Assembly (NCBI RefSeq): GCF_006345805.1
Contig: NC_042998.1
Coordinates: 94,922,001-94,986,000 of the forward strand
Origin: Octopus sinensis
Taxonomy: Eukaryota
Reading direction: 5' to 3'
Length of the DNA: 64,000 bases
The position numbers and the translations under genes are program-made. The notes beneath the pieces were generated by a model, which saw nothing but the letters and a program-made list of their open reading frames with translations, searched no databases and had not been told where the DNA came from. This document shows, one piece after another, positions 13,299 to 27,383 of the stretch (positions are counted from its first letter, which is position 1; every line of letters starts with the position of its first letter).

Positions 13299-14784
13299 TT
13301 AAGGTAGTAGGATTCTTATTGCTGTTTAGTCCCAGGTCAGCTCAGAATGAGCAGACCTACAATCAAAGACATTCCAGCCACATGCTTTCCATGTTAAACA
13401 CTCACATAAATGTCTCCAGGAACAACCTTATCCAATTTGTCCTTCCTGTCTGGAGATGGAAGGAAATTTGGCTGCTATTTCTTGTAGGCTGGGCAACTTC
13501 ACAGGGTCAAGTAAAAAAAAGTGTAGATATTGAGATAACAGAATAATAGACACATGCATAGCTATGTAGTTAAGTTTACTTCCCAACTACATGGTTTTAG
13601 GATCAGTCCTATTGTGTGGCACCTACTAGAGCTCTAAGTAGACAAAAGCCTAGCAAGTGGACTTGGTAGATGGAAACTAAAAGAAGCCCATTGTATAAAT
13701 ACATACATATATAAACACACAGATATATAATGTGCGTGAAAGTGTGTCTCCTTGTCATGATATGATGTAGTAGATGTAAGCAAATGCCAGCATTACCCGA
13801 GGTGTCCTTTGTTACCAATCTTCTGTGAAAACATGTCCAGCCATGAGGAAAAATTATCTTGTTTGGAAACAGGTGAGGGTTGGTGACAAGAAGGGTATCT
13901 GGCCATAGAAAATCTTCCCCAATGAATTCTATTTGACCCACACAAGCATGGAAAAGTGGACATATGCCGATGATGATAAATAATGCAAGGTAAATTTTGA
14001 AACAATAGAGGTGATGTCATAAGCACAAGATGAGATTCTATAAACATACATTAGTTTAATGAAAATAAAAGTGTGTAGGTAATGGGCTATGGATATGAAC
14101 AGTAGATGTGGTAATGAGCAGCCCCATTTGCAATATTCACAGTAGTGGTCATTTTTGCATGGATATCAATACAACAATTATTATTAGAATTTCTTTTGAC
14201 TAAACGCAGGGTCAATTTTGTTAGGGTTGAGTATATAATCATTTGAATTGACTTTAGTTCAATACTGGTATGTAGTTTATTAACTGGAAAAATGATAATA
14301 ACAGCTGACTGAAGCAGAAATTGAACCCTGATGCATAACCCCCTGACTAGCCCTTTGACAATTTATTCATCTCTGTTATATCAGTATTTAATAATCATCA
14401 TATTATTCCTACAGCTAATGTTGTCATTGCTGTTTAGCTCCAGGTCAGCCTTAATCTAACAGACCTATAACCAAAAGCATTCCAGCAGTGACCATCCTAT
14501 TTTTTTTCCAATGTGCAAAGACCTCAAAGATCACATTATACCCTGGATCCTTTTGCAAGACAATAAGGGATGATTTGATGGAAGATTGAATGTATTACAC
14601 TAAATCAGGAGGGTGAGCAGTTATCACAACCCTTTACAGGGCCTCTGAGACTGATAGAAGGAATGTGCCCTAAAAATGGAGAACTGACCCCAATACTTGC
14701 AATAGAGTGGACTCTGCTAAGGGTATGTAAGGTACCAGGTATAGTGTTAAATGAGGCGACATACATAATATGTACAGAGTCACT

Positions 14785-16012
14785 CTTAGTAAGTCAAAGG
14801 ACCCCACAGTAGTTTCTTTGTTTGCTCAATATAGCTAAAGTATATTCTGAAAATAAATGCAACACAGAACTGCAAAATGGTATTGGAACAATACTGAGAC
14901 AAAGAAATGCAGCAGCACCAAGGTAGACATTAAACAGAAATACTATATTGGTACTGTGTTACAGTTCCATATGGTAGTGACTTTAACAGTAACGCTTATG
15001 TCAAGCAATAACAAAAGTATTTTAGACAAGCAAATGAAGAACCCTCTACAGGGACACTCAAACTGCTTGGAATAGCAGTCATGTTTCTTTTAAATCACAC
15101 CTCACTATCTTAAAATGAGAAAGGACATATTAGATAATATAGTTTGAGATAAACTGTTTGAATAAAATACAGGTTGGTCATGACTGGAGTGCTTTTGAAC
15201 ATAAATCTTCTAAATCAGGGCTCATCTGGTATTAAATAACAACAGTCAAAGTATTGTAAGGGGTAAAGGTAGTGGTGGTGGTGGTGGTGGCAAGGGAATA
15301 TCTGCCTCAATAGAATTAACATCAATATTGGAAGGATAATATATCTAGGGTGTGGCAACATCACAGCAGAAGCAACAGTTGTAGTGATGGGGTAACATGT
15401 CTCACTAAAAGCAATATTAGTGGTGGGGTAACATGTCTGAGTAGAAGCAATAGTAGTAGTGGGATAACATTTCTGAATAGAAACAATAGCAGTAGTGGGA
15501 TAACATGTCTCAGTAGAAGTAACAGTAGTAGTGTTGGGGTAAAATGTCTCAGTACTTTGACTGTTGTTGTTGTTTAACCAGAGAACAGAAGATTTGTGAC
15601 CAAAAGAATTCCAGTCATGACCATCCTGTATTTTATTCAAACAGTTTATCTAGGACTATATTATCTAAAGTGTCCTTTCTCAATTTTAGATAGCAGGGTC
15701 TGATTTAAAAGAGACGTGGTTGCTATTTCAAACAGTTTGACTGTCCCTGTAAAGGGGCCTTCATTTGCATGTCTACAATGCTATTGTTATTACTTGACGT
15801 AAACATTACTATTAAAGTCACTACCATATGGAACTGTAGCACAGTACCAATATAGAATTTCTGTTTAATGTCTACCAGAGTGCTGCTGCATTTATTTCTA
15901 ATACTATTATTCCAATACTATTATTTCAGTTCCATGGTATATTTATTTCCAGAAAGTACTTTAGTAATATTGAGAAAACAAAGAAACCTTTAAGTGGCTG
16001 TCTGACTTGCTA
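14785..16012. repeat. Inverted duplication, ~440-470 bp arms (14785-15256 vs 15550-16012), around a minisatellite spacer
   Basis: E.g. ggtagacattaaacagaaa / tttctgtttaatgtctacc, acagttccatatggtagtgactttaa / ttaaagtcactaccatatggaactgt, aacagtcaaagta / tactttgactgtt. Confidence 0.9.
15260..15550. repeat. 36 bp minisatellite block (agtagtggtggggtaacatgtctcagtagaagcaac-like)
   Basis: About 7 tandem units; reads (S)TETCYPTTT repeats on the minus strand. Confidence 0.85.
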
Positions 16013-16149
16013 GAAATACCATTCAAATCACCGTTGAATTATTCTGTACTGCCTTGCAAAAGGACACATGGTGTAATGTGGTTTTGGGATCCCTGCACAT
16101 AGGGAAAAAATGGGACAGTCACAGATGGAACGCCTTTGGTTGTAGATCT

Positions 16150-18965
16150 ACTCAATCAGTGGCAGTGGTGGGGTAACATTTGTCTCAATAGAACTAGTAA
16201 CAGTAGTGATTGTGTAACATGTCTCAGTAGAACAACAGTCATATTGGTGGGGTACATATCTCTGCATACATAACAGTAGTAGTTGTGGCAGGGTAACATT
16301 TGCCTCATGAGAAATCAAAAATAGCAGAGATAGGATAACCTGATACACCACTCAGTAGAAAAAGTAGCAGTGAGAGGGTAACATTTGCCTCCAAAGAAGC
16401 AACAAAGATGATTGTGGTTGGAATGGGATAACATGTCTCAGTACAGGCTTTAATAGTAGTGATGGGTAAAATTAGCCTTAATTAAGCTAAAAGTAATGCT
16501 GATGGGGTAACATATGCAACAGTGGAAGTAACAGTAACAGAGGTGGGCTAACATTTATCTCAGTAGTAGAGTAGTTGAAATGGAGTAACATTTGTTGCAG
16601 CAGTGTAGTAGTGGTAGGGTAATATCTGTCTCAGTAGAAACAATAGTAGTAATGAAGGGTTAACATTTGACTCAATAGAAGCAAAAATAATGGTGGGGTT
16701 ATGTTTCATCTGAAGTAACTGCAATAGTGGTGGAGTAATATTTCTCTCAGTAGGATAACAAATTGTGGTGGGGTAACATTTGTCTCAGTAGTAGTAGTAA
16801 AGTAACATTCATCTCACTAGAAACTAAACTAGTAGGGGAGGGGTAACATATGTCTCAGTAGAGACAACAGTGGTAGTGGTGGAGGTAAAATTGATGTAAG
16901 TAGATGTAATAAAAGCAATAGTGGGGGTAATATACCTTTGTAGGAAATAACAGTTGTGGAGGAGAAATAACATATGTCTCAGTAAAAGCAGCAGAGGTAG
17001 AGTTGTGGAGGAATATTTGACTCAGTACAAGCAAAAATTACAATGGCTGACATGGGGTAACATGCTTCTATGGAAATAATTGCAGAAGTAGTGGGATAAC
17101 ATTTCTCTCAACAGAATGACAAATTGTAGTGGGTATAGCATTTGTTATAGTAGTAGTAGTAGTAGTAGAGTAACATCTCAACAGAGACGACAGTGTTAGT
17201 GGTAGGGGTAACATACCTCTATAGAAATAACAATTATAGTTGAGGAGTAACATATGTCTCAATAGAAACAACAGTGATAGTGGCAGGTAAAAATATTTAA
17301 TTCAGTGCAAGGAAAACTAATGATGGGATAACAATGCTTCTGTAGAAGCAACAGTGGTAGTAGTGGGGTAACATGTCTTAGTAAAAATAATCATAGTAAT
17401 GGTTTTCAATTGAATAACAAGTTGTGTGGAAATAACATTTGCCTCAGTACAAAAAACAACAACATTGGTGGGGTAACATACCTCTCTGGAAACAACAGAT
17501 GTAGTGGAGGGGTAGCATAAGCAATAGTAGTGGTAGTGGGCTAATGTTTCTCTCAGCTGAATATCAATTTGTGTGGGGATAACTTTTGTCTCATAGAAAA
17601 AAATAATAGTAATAGTAGTGGAAATGTAACATATGCCTCACTAGAAACAACAGTGATACAATGGGGTAACATGCCTCAGTAGAAATAACAGTTGTAGTGG
17701 AGGGGTAACATACATCTCAGTAGAAACAATAATTGTAGAGTAGTAGTGGGGAATCATTTGACTCAGCACAAGCAAAAATAATATCCCTGTACAAACAATT
17801 CTAGTAGTCATAGGATAACATTTTCTTCTGTAGTAGTAGTAGTAGTAGTAGTAAAGGTGGGGTAATACTTATGTCAGAAAAAGTAATAAGAGTAGTAATG
17901 GAGTAACATGCCCCTGTAAAAATAATTATAATGGAGAGGCAACATAAGTCTTATATGAAGCAACAGTAATAGAGTAACTGTAGGGAAACATCTGACTTAC
18001 TACATATAAAAATAATAATGGGATAACACATGCCTCGGTATAAAAATAATAGTAGAGGTGGAAAAACATTTATGCCAGGAGAAATAATAATAGCATGAGT
18101 GGTGGGGTAACATGCTTCTGTAGAAAAAACAGTTGTAGAGGAGGAGTAACATAAATCTTGGCAGAAACAATAATAGTAAAAACATTGTGGGGAAACATCT
18201 GGCTAAGCACTAGCTAAAATAATAACTGGGGAACATGCCTCAGTAGAAGCAAATGTAATAGTAGTAGTGGGATAACATGTCTCTGTAGTAACAATAATAG
18301 TAGTGGTAGAGTAATGTTTCTTTCAGTTTAATATCAACTTGTGTGGGTGTGTGTGGGGTAATATTTGCCTCATGTAGACACAATAGTCAAAGAAATAATA
18401 GCGAAGGGGTAACATGTGCCTCACTAGAAACAACAATGGTATGATGATAGCACTAGTGGGAGTATCATGCGTCTGTAGAAATAACAGTTTTAGGGGAGGA
18501 GTAACACAAATCTTAGCAGAAACAATAGTAGTAAAGAAGTTGTGGGGAAATATTTGACTAAGCACAAGCTAAAATAATGGGGTAACATGTATTAGTAGAA
18601 GCAAGAGTAACAGTGGTGGGGTAACATGTCTCAGTAGAAGCATTAATAATAGTAGTAGGATAGTATTTCTCTCAGCTGAATATCAGTTTCTGTGGGGATA
18701 AAATTTGCTCATGTAGCAACAATAGTAATAGAAATAATATGGAGGGATAACATATATGTCAATAAAATAACAGCATTAGAGGGGTTACATGCCTCTGTAG
18801 AAATAACAAATGTAGTGGAGGGCTAACATACATTTCAGTAGAAACAATGGCAGTAGAGGTGGGGTAACATCTAACTTAGTAGAAGTACATAGGTGGAAGC
18901 TATTTGTCTCTTGGGATAACATATGTCTTAGTATAAGCAACAGTGGTATTGGCAACAGCAGCAGT
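16150..18965. repeat. Degenerate ~36-40 bp minisatellite array (~2.8 kb) with higher-order ~350 bp structure
   Basis: Dozens of gggtaacat..tctcagtagaa units; diagnostic variants recur at intervals. Confidence 0.9.
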
Positions 18966-19239
18966 GGTAAGATAATGGTGCTCAGTGGTTAAGGTGGTAG
19001 TCACAGAGGTATGTTATAATTCTGTTAACACTGATTACTATTGCTGTAGCGGCAGGAGTGATGAAATTAGAGGTAGTTATAGCAACTATTACGTGGGCTA
19101 ACAGGAAGCGTAGAGGTGGTAAGTGGTAGCAATATTTGCCACTGTGGTAGGTATGAGACAGCAGAAGAGATAATAACTGCTGTAACAATGGTCATGGCAG
19201 TGGCTGTAGATATAGTAGTAAGGGTAACAGCAGTGAAGG

Positions 19240-19254
19240 ATAGTAGTAGTAGTC

Positions 19255-19297
<43 letters not shown>

Positions 19298-19446
19298 AAG
19301 TAGTAGAAGCAGCAGCAGTAGTAGCAGTGGTGATAGAGATGGTGGTAGCTGTAATAAGCATTGTGGTAGTGATAATGGCAAGAGTAAAGGTTATAGCTAT
19401 AATATTAAGGGTAATAACATTATTATTATTATAATTATTATTATTA

Positions 19447-19478
<32 letters not shown>

Positions 19479-19725
19479 GTTATTATTTTTATTATTATAT
19501 CATTCTTGTTGTTATTCTTGAAGCAGTGGTAGTGGTGGTAATATTTGCCAATGTTATCAGGGTGGTAGAGATAATAAGCATTGTAGTAGTGATATTGGCA
19601 ATAGTAGTGGTCATAACTGTAGTAGTAGTAGTAGTAGTAGTACTAGTTGTTGTTGTAGTAGTAGTAGTAGTAGTTGTAGTAGTAGCAGCAGCAGCAACAA
19701 CAGTGGTGGTAGTGGTAGTAGTATT
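19240..19725. repeat. (AGT)n, (ATT)n and (GTA/GTT)n trinucleotide microsatellites
   Basis: Direct reading; source of the poly-S/L/T/I/V ORFs. Confidence 0.95.
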
Positions 19726-22700
19726 GTGGACATCGTGTATTTGTGTAACAAAATAAGTCTATTGATTTTACATTGCTACAAGACTGTGTGTAGAATTGGT
19801 GGTGGCGGTGGGTGTATATCGATTGTATGCTGGTATAGAACATAGAATGGATGTTATTGATTTTCCTTCATTACGATGGTTTATGCACAGTTTTTGCATT
19901 GTCAAGATTTGTCAGTAGGCATGTGCACCTGTGCTCACGCGTATATGAACGTATCTGGTTGTTGTTGTATAAATTCTGACCATCAGATCAATGTGTATGT
20001 ATGTATGTATGTACATATGCATGTGCATATGGGTATATGTGTATGCTTTTGAGAGAAAGAAAGAAAGAGAAAGAAACAGAGAGAGAAGGAGAATGAGAAA
20101 TGCATAACTAGCTGCTTATGATATTAAAAGTGTGTGCATATTGGTGCATGCATGTGCATCTCGCTTCAAAAAGTGTGTATGCCAGTAATGATGTGTAGTT
20201 AGTGAGAAGCAACCAAAGTAGTGTGTGAGGTCATTCTTGGAAGGTGCATATTTAAATAGTTATTGTTGCACACCAGTGATTGCAGATAGGAAAAAAAAAA
20301 GTATCCACACACTTCTCAATGTTTTATACATGCTTATAAAAGTTCAGTTAAGCATACTTCAATGCACCAAAAGTTTTATTTTTGTTTTTAATAATATTAA
20401 GCCAGTTCAATCTTGGGGTTTTGGCATAGAGATCGTCCAGAAGATCTTTGGTGAAAAAAACAAAACAAAACAAATTAACAAAAAAACAAAGAAACAAAGC
20501 AAAAAGTTGATTCATTTCTTCAAAGAATTTGATATAGCTTAAAAACAGAGGATCTTTTTTATATTTACTTTCACTTTACCATTCAAAGGACTGACAGATA
20601 TGGCTTCAAGGAAAATATTTGGCTCGAGGGTCAATTTTAGTTCTGTTAAATGATGACCTATTTTTCCTTAGTTAATGTGGCTGTTAAGGCCTGGTTAGCT
20701 CTGATTGAATATACCAAAACCATTGAGGTAGCTGGTGAAAGAACAGTATGCAATCTATAGATCTTGCACTTCAGAGACACCAAAAATCTGTTTAATCGAG
20801 AACCATACTCCCAACACATATTTCCTCCACAATCCAACATATAAGTTTAGACAGAGGCTACAAAGGTGGAGGGAAGGGTACACATGGTCTGAGTGCAATA
20901 GTTGATATTCTTTTGCACCTACCTCTGATGGTATTCATTTCAGCACAATTTTTGTTTGATTTTAATATGATTAATGATACTGTGGCTATTTTTGTATGCA
21001 CTGCATTTGATAGCACATAAGACACATATTTTTCAAAAAATATATCTTAAAAAATGACCTCCGGTCCTATACTTGTAACTGGGCCTATATTACATGCTTT
21101 AATGTACTAAAAACCTATTTACCTGAATATGCACTGGTGACATTGGGGTGTGTCTAAGATGCCCATGCATCTCTTATGCCTCAAATATGGTATATGTTTT
21201 TTGTATTTTGTATATGTAGACTGAATAGGTTGGGTAGTATTTGTTATTCTGTTGTGGTACAGTATAGAGATGTACTAAATGTGTAATGACAAGGAATATA
21301 GGTAATTGAGTGGTTGGCATTAAAATGGGCATCTACCACAGAAATCATGTCAAATTAGAGCCTGGTGCAGCTCTTCAGCTTGACAGCTTCTGTCAAACTG
21401 TCCAACCAATGTCAGCACAGAAAATGGATGTTAGACAATAACGACAACGATGATGATGAGTTTCCCATAGAATCAATAGCCCCCACCCCCACCCACCCAC
21501 TATGTCTAGATGGTCTTTTATCTTGAGGACTTCTTTTTGCAGATGGTCTCTGCTCAGTGTGAGACAATGAAATGTTCATGTTTAGTTCAGTGAGATTTAT
21601 TTCTGAAAAGATAAGCAGATGTCCAGGAAGTATTGGTATATTCTATGATGAATATTGTTTTTACACTAGTATTGTACCTTGTTTGAGTCTGGGTTATCTT
21701 AAAAATATTTGTGGATCATTTTGCTCTTTGTTCTTTATTATCAGTCTGTGCTATTAATGTTGTAATGTTGTAAGTAATTGCAAGCATTTTTTTTTCCTTT
21801 GAATTTGTGGTATATTTATATACTTGAATCATAAACAATTAAAAAATTTTGTACTAAAATATTTAAGTATAATTAAAGACTTTTTTTTTTACATTGACAC
21901 AATATCAAAAATTAATAAGAAAAGTTGGAGTTATAAATATGTACATACATGTACATATTTATCAACACTAGAGAGAAATTTGAACTCAGAAGCTAAATAT
22001 TTTAAATTTAGTTATTTACCCTCTCATCTCATCCTTAGTATTCATAATGATATATTTATTAGATATACTCAAAACCTGATATTTATAGCAGAAAAAGTGA
22101 AAATTTATAGCATTTATGCTTTTCTAAAGAGTCCAACTTTCTATTAAGTAGTGTTAACTTCAAATCTGAAAAAGATGAATAGGATCTGGGAAATTAGGTA
22201 GGGGAAATTTTATTTAAAATTTTGTTTTTCTTGTTTAAAATTTGAAATTAATAAACTGAAGTACTTTTCTAAACTGCAATCAAGTGAATGAGGATGTGAA
22301 AATGTGACATTTAAACTTGAACTCAAATCAAATTTCAATTAAAAGAAAAAAAATGTTATTGATTCATTCTCAAATTTGCTATTTATTGGATTTTGATTAG
22401 AGTGTAAATTTTAGTTTCAAATTTTCAACTATTTCAATTCAAAAACAACATTCAACTTTTATCAATTTTAAACTGATCCAAACTGAACCTTAAATTTCAA
22501 TCACTGTAAAGTATTAAAAAAAAATTGAAGAAATTTTGACATTTCAACAGGATGGTGTTGTACAGAACATTGAAGTCTTGACACTGTGGTTTAGACAATG
22601 AAGTTAATGAATATTTCATAATTGACACTGGTATACCTGATAATTAAAATAATTGCCATAAGGATTCCAGAAAACTGACAGGTACTTATCTAGAGATCAT

Positions 22701-23640
22701 AAATTATTAAGAATGAAGGAAGCAATTGTGATACCAATGATAATTGAAATAGTTCTCTCTATAAGAAACATTCAGTTTATCTTAAATGACTGAAACAAAT
22801 TTTGGTGAGGCTAAAATCGATTTAATCCCCATCCCCTTGTAGTTGACTGGTATACATTTTACCAACTGAAATATAATAAGAAGCAATTATCAAATTTCTC
22901 ATACTTTAAGACTTGATGTATGATGGAAAATGGGCATTGAATAATGATGCTGATGATTTCTTCAATTGTAGAATGGTATTACTTTTTGTTTTTATTAGAG
23001 AGGTCAATTTCTAAATTTTACTTTGAAGGGAGTTCTAATAATATATGAAACAGTAATTTTTATTTCTTTCTTTTTGTTGTACCATAAAAGACAGAAAGAA
23101 GCCGCAGGATGAAAGATGTGTTTGAATCAGGCCTAAGCTTGAAGTGTTGCAGGTTAAAAAAACAAGCAAAAACTGATAAAACATATCTAACAATAATAAT
23201 TTGAATAATTCATATAATAAACGGAAGATATTTCTTATCTTAGCCTTGCCTCCAGTCACAGAATGTGTAAGACGGAATAGCTTCATGTTTGAATATCCGC
23301 TTGCAATCTTATTTCATGTCACACTTACATACAAACTAAATTAGCAAACAAACAGACGGACACACACACGCACATATGCATACATATAAAGATTGTGGAT
23401 CACTTTTTGAAACAAAGTCACAGAGAAATATAAGTGAGAATTGTGACACAACTTTTGGAATTGGTGGAAAATATAAACAGAGATTCAGACCAACACAAAC
23501 CAGATTTATATATTTTTGCTGTTTTGATAATCAACACACTTTATACAAACAACATACAGAACTTGCTTCAATCAATGACTAATGATGTACATGTTTCATC
23601 ATTTTATTTCAGTTTTCTAATTTTATTATATTTATAAGGT

Positions 23641-24022
23641 GGAGGCACAATGGCCCAGTGGTTAGGGCAGCGGACTCGCGGTCATAGGATTGCAGTTTCA
23701 ATTCTCAGACCAGGTGTTGTGAGTGTTTATTGAGTGAAAACATCTAATGCTCAATGAAGCTCCAGCAGGGGGTGGTGACGAACCCTGCTGTACTCTTTCA
23801 CTACAACTTTCTTTCACTCTTTCTTCCTGTTTCTGTTGTACCTGTATTTCAAAGGGCCAGCCTTGTCACACTCTGTGTCATGCAGATTCCCCCCCGAGAA
23901 CTACATTAAGGGTACACATGTCTCTGAAGCGCTCAGCCCCTTGCATGTTAATTTCACGAGCAAGCTGTTCTGTTGATCAGATCAACTGGAACCCTCCTCG
24001 TTGTAACCGACGGAGTGCCACG
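23641..24022 (+). mobile_element. tRNA-derived SINE, family A, young copy with 13 bp target-site duplication
   Basis: A box TGGCCCAGTGG, B-box-like GTTTCAATTC; flanking direct repeat atatttataaggt at 23628-23640 and 24023-24035. Confidence 0.88.
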
Positions 24023-24831
24023 ATATTTATAAGGTTGTGATAATACATGTTTTGAACTGAAGTTATTGAACATTCCAAAATACTGATGATGAAATGCTCA
24101 GTAAGAGAACGTATCCAGCAGTGAGCTGACTGAATTCTTATTGACAACAGAAGCTATTATTTAGCTTATCTGTCAACAAATTGGACTAACAACACTGAGA
24201 TGTATGTTGGTTTGCCTACTCAGACACAAGGATTGATAATTTTCCTTACATGATGGTTCTTAAACACTGACACTCCTATCTTCATTTGGGAAAGAGCTAA
24301 GACATTACAGCTATTAATTAATTAAGAAAAGCAAGTGTGAACAAAACTGATTTGCATGAATAAAAGGTAAAAAACAGTAAAGTTGTTGATGTAATATTGC
24401 ATATTTTGTACTCTTTCTTCCCATAACTGCTGTAAAATCACATTGAATTGGTTTACTTAGTTCAGGAAATTAAAGGTTTCTACTTATGAAAGGGTTGATC
24501 TAAAAAAAAATTAAATAGAATCGAGAGCCGATGTCATGAAACATTTATCAAAAAAGAAAGGAAATAATAAAAAATATATATAATAATAATAATAATGGTT
24601 TCAAATTTTGGCAAAAAGGCCAGCATATTTCGGAAAGTGGAGGTGGGGGCTAAGTTGATTACATTGGCCGCTGAAAGGATGAAAGGCAAAGTCAACCTTG
24701 ATGAAATTTGAACTCAGAATGTAAAGATAGACAAAATGCCAATATACATTTTGCATGGCATGCTAACAATTCAGCCAGTTTGTCACCTTAATAATAATGA
24801 TGATGATGATGATGATGATAGTAGAAGATGC

Positions 24832-25020
24832 TCAGAAAACTGCTTTATTGGGGAGAAAAAGGATTTTAAAACTGGTATTTGGATGTTAAGTATCATCGAA
24901 GAAGACCCCTGTGAGACCCTTAACAAGGGGTTGTCTGCTCTTCAGAATTAGTCAGGGCAAATGAAATTGAGAGCACTGAGAAGTGAAATGACAGCAACAA
25001 CAACAACAATAATAAATAAA
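24832..25020 (+). mobile_element. Extreme 3' fragment of a second R4/Dong-like element
   Basis: Translates QKTALLGRKRILKLVFGC* (cf. conserved LQKTALLGTARILRKVL), followed by a short UTR and a (CAA)n(TAA)n tail. Confidence 0.6.
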
Positions 25021-26510
25021 TTTAAAAAAAGACCCTACAACATTTATGTTTCATTAAAGAAAAATGTCAATTCACTTCAGAGTTTTCTAAGTAGCAAATG
25101 CCAGTTCACTTTATGCTAACAATAGCAGTTTACCTCTATTTAACTGCAACACACAAGTGAAAAAGTCAAATTGGCTTTAATTTAAAATAACCAAAATTAC
25201 TTGAAGTTATACATTTTAAGCTCTTCTTAGATTGGAGAAAATAAAACAAGGATTGGGGATTTGCAGAGCATATTAGTATAAATTTATAAAGTATAAAATA
25301 TAAAGTAAAAATTTATAAAATAAAGCATAGATTTATAAAGTATAGGGATTATAAGACAAAATATTTCTTTAAACATAGCTGTACAAACCATTACATGGAA
25401 TTGATTTCATCCTAGAACAAGACTTTTACTATTTGTACTGTTAACAAGAACACTATCTTTTACAACAGAAAAATGTTTGACTCCAAAAAATAGTTAAAGA
25501 AAGGATACAAGGTTCAATTCTAGTTAGCAGTAGACAATTTCTAATAGCTGGCTTGATTTTTATGACACTAATTTATTATTGGCATATGCATGCATGCACA
25601 TGTGTACACACGCACAAACATCCTATTCTGAAGAGAAAAATAAACATTTTTTATCATTGGCAAAATTGGTTAGATCATTATATAAATTTGTATATTTATA
25701 TAATTAAGAAACACAAATATTTTATAGAAAGATGGATTCATTGCTGCTAAACTGGAGCATGCTGGGAAGTTGACCAATGGTCCTACATATTTTGGGGCCC
25801 AATACTAATTCATGTATACTGTGGTTGTATATGTAGAGGCTCCCAATGCTTTACTCTGTCCTGGGACTTAAAATACTATTAAAACAGATCAGGTCACTGT
25901 TTTGAGCTATCTTAAATGAAATAATTAATAACTAGTAATGTTTTACAAGGATGTAGAAAGGTTATTCTTTCATATAAGAAGTTGAAATTTTAAAAGCCAA
26001 ACATAGCAATGTTATTTATAGCAAACTCTAGAGGTGAAAGTACCAAAAGAAGACAGTATTGGACCATTAAGTCACTAATCATTTATTCCTTTGTTTTACA
26101 TTGATTTTCTTATATTGGCATAGACTGGACACACTCATTTTATTTTTACATCTGGATACCCGTCTTGTTGCCAACCCTTTTCTATTTTATAAGTAAGTTT
26201 GGTTTCATTTCACTCTTTCAAGGGCACAAAACTATAGAACATAATGTTCACTAGAGATGTAAACATGACATAATTTCTTTCTTTCAGATGATACCATGTA
26301 AGAAGCAGAAATGACTACTTACACAAAAATACACATACTAAAACACAAATACATATATATTTCTCTCTACAAATTTCACACTCAAGAGATTGGCTTGAGG
26401 AAGCAGGAGCATACATTTGCCCAAGGTGTCACACAGTAGAAATGAGCCTAAATCCATGTGGTTGTGAAATGAACTTTTTGCACATAGAGGTGTTAATATT
26501 TACTGTGTTA

Positions 26511-26728
26511 AAGGTGGTGAGCTGGCAGAAACATTAGCACGGAAGGTGAAATGCTTAGCGGTATTTCGTCTATCTTTACGTTCTGAATTCAAATTCCCCT
26601 GAGGTTGACTTTGCTTTTCATCTTTTCAAGGTCGATAAATTAAGTACTAGTTGCGTAATGGGATTGATCTAATCAACTGACCTCCTCCCCCCCAAATTTT
26701 ATGTCTTGTACCTAGAGTAGAAAAGGAT
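26511..26728 (+). mobile_element. SINE family C
   Basis: Head ggtgagctggcagaa, B-box-like gaattcaaattcc, end agtagaaaaggat. Partial tandem copy at 26745-26870; minus copies at 5561-5710, 12049-12258 and 24597-24787, ending in (ATT)n. Confidence 0.75.
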
Positions 26729-26982
26729 ATTCTTGACAAAGCGTAAGGCAGTGAGCTGGCAGAAACACTAGCACACCACATGTTTAGCAATATTTCACCC
26801 ACCTTTGCAGTCTGAGTTCAAATTCTGCAAAGATCAACTTTGCGTTTCATTCTTTTGAGAGACGATAAAATACTGTGTTTTAACATGTATAAGGAACCTA
26901 TTTTTGTCAAAAATTAGGTTAAAAAAAAAAAAGGAATTTCTTATACATGGAAAACCCTTTTCCAAACTTTTAAGTCCTTCTT

Positions 26983-27220
26983 ATCATCATCATTATCATC
27001 ATCGTTTACCATCCACTTTTCATGCTGGCATGGGTTGGACGGTTTGACTGGGCTGGCAAGCCAGAAGGTTGCACCAGGCTCCAATCTGATCTGGCAAAAG
27101 TTTCTACAGCTGGATGCACTTCCTAACACCAACCACTTAGAGAGTGTAGTGAGTGTTTTTTTTGTGCCACCGGTATGAGGGCTAGTCAGGTGGTACTAGA
27201 ATTGACTATGCTGGAATGGT
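26983..27220 (-). mobile_element. 5'-truncated RTE-type 3' tail copy (older subfamily)
   Basis: Matches the terminal ~170 bp of the large RTE and ends in (GAT)n. Further copies at ~3475-3660, 21305-21460(+), 34710-34900, 46018-46176(+), 56000-56265, 58095-58345, 60380-60608(+). Confidence 0.75.
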
Positions 27221-27337
27221 GCAGGAGTGGCTGTGTGGTAAGTAGCTTGCTTACCAACCACATGGTTCCAGGTTCTTATCTCACTGTGTGGCAACTAGGG
27301 CAAGTGTCTTCTACAATAGCCTAGTCCAACCAAAGCC

Positions 27338-27383
<46 letters not shown>

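Noticed and set aside
19067-19843. Poly-Ser/Thr/Leu/Val ORFs suggesting a mucin or membrane protein
   Set aside because: Trinucleotide microsatellites open in several frames on both strands.
23641-23715. tRNA gene
   Set aside because: Only a tRNA-like SINE head; it continues into a SINE body with a TSD and lacks a complete cloverleaf.
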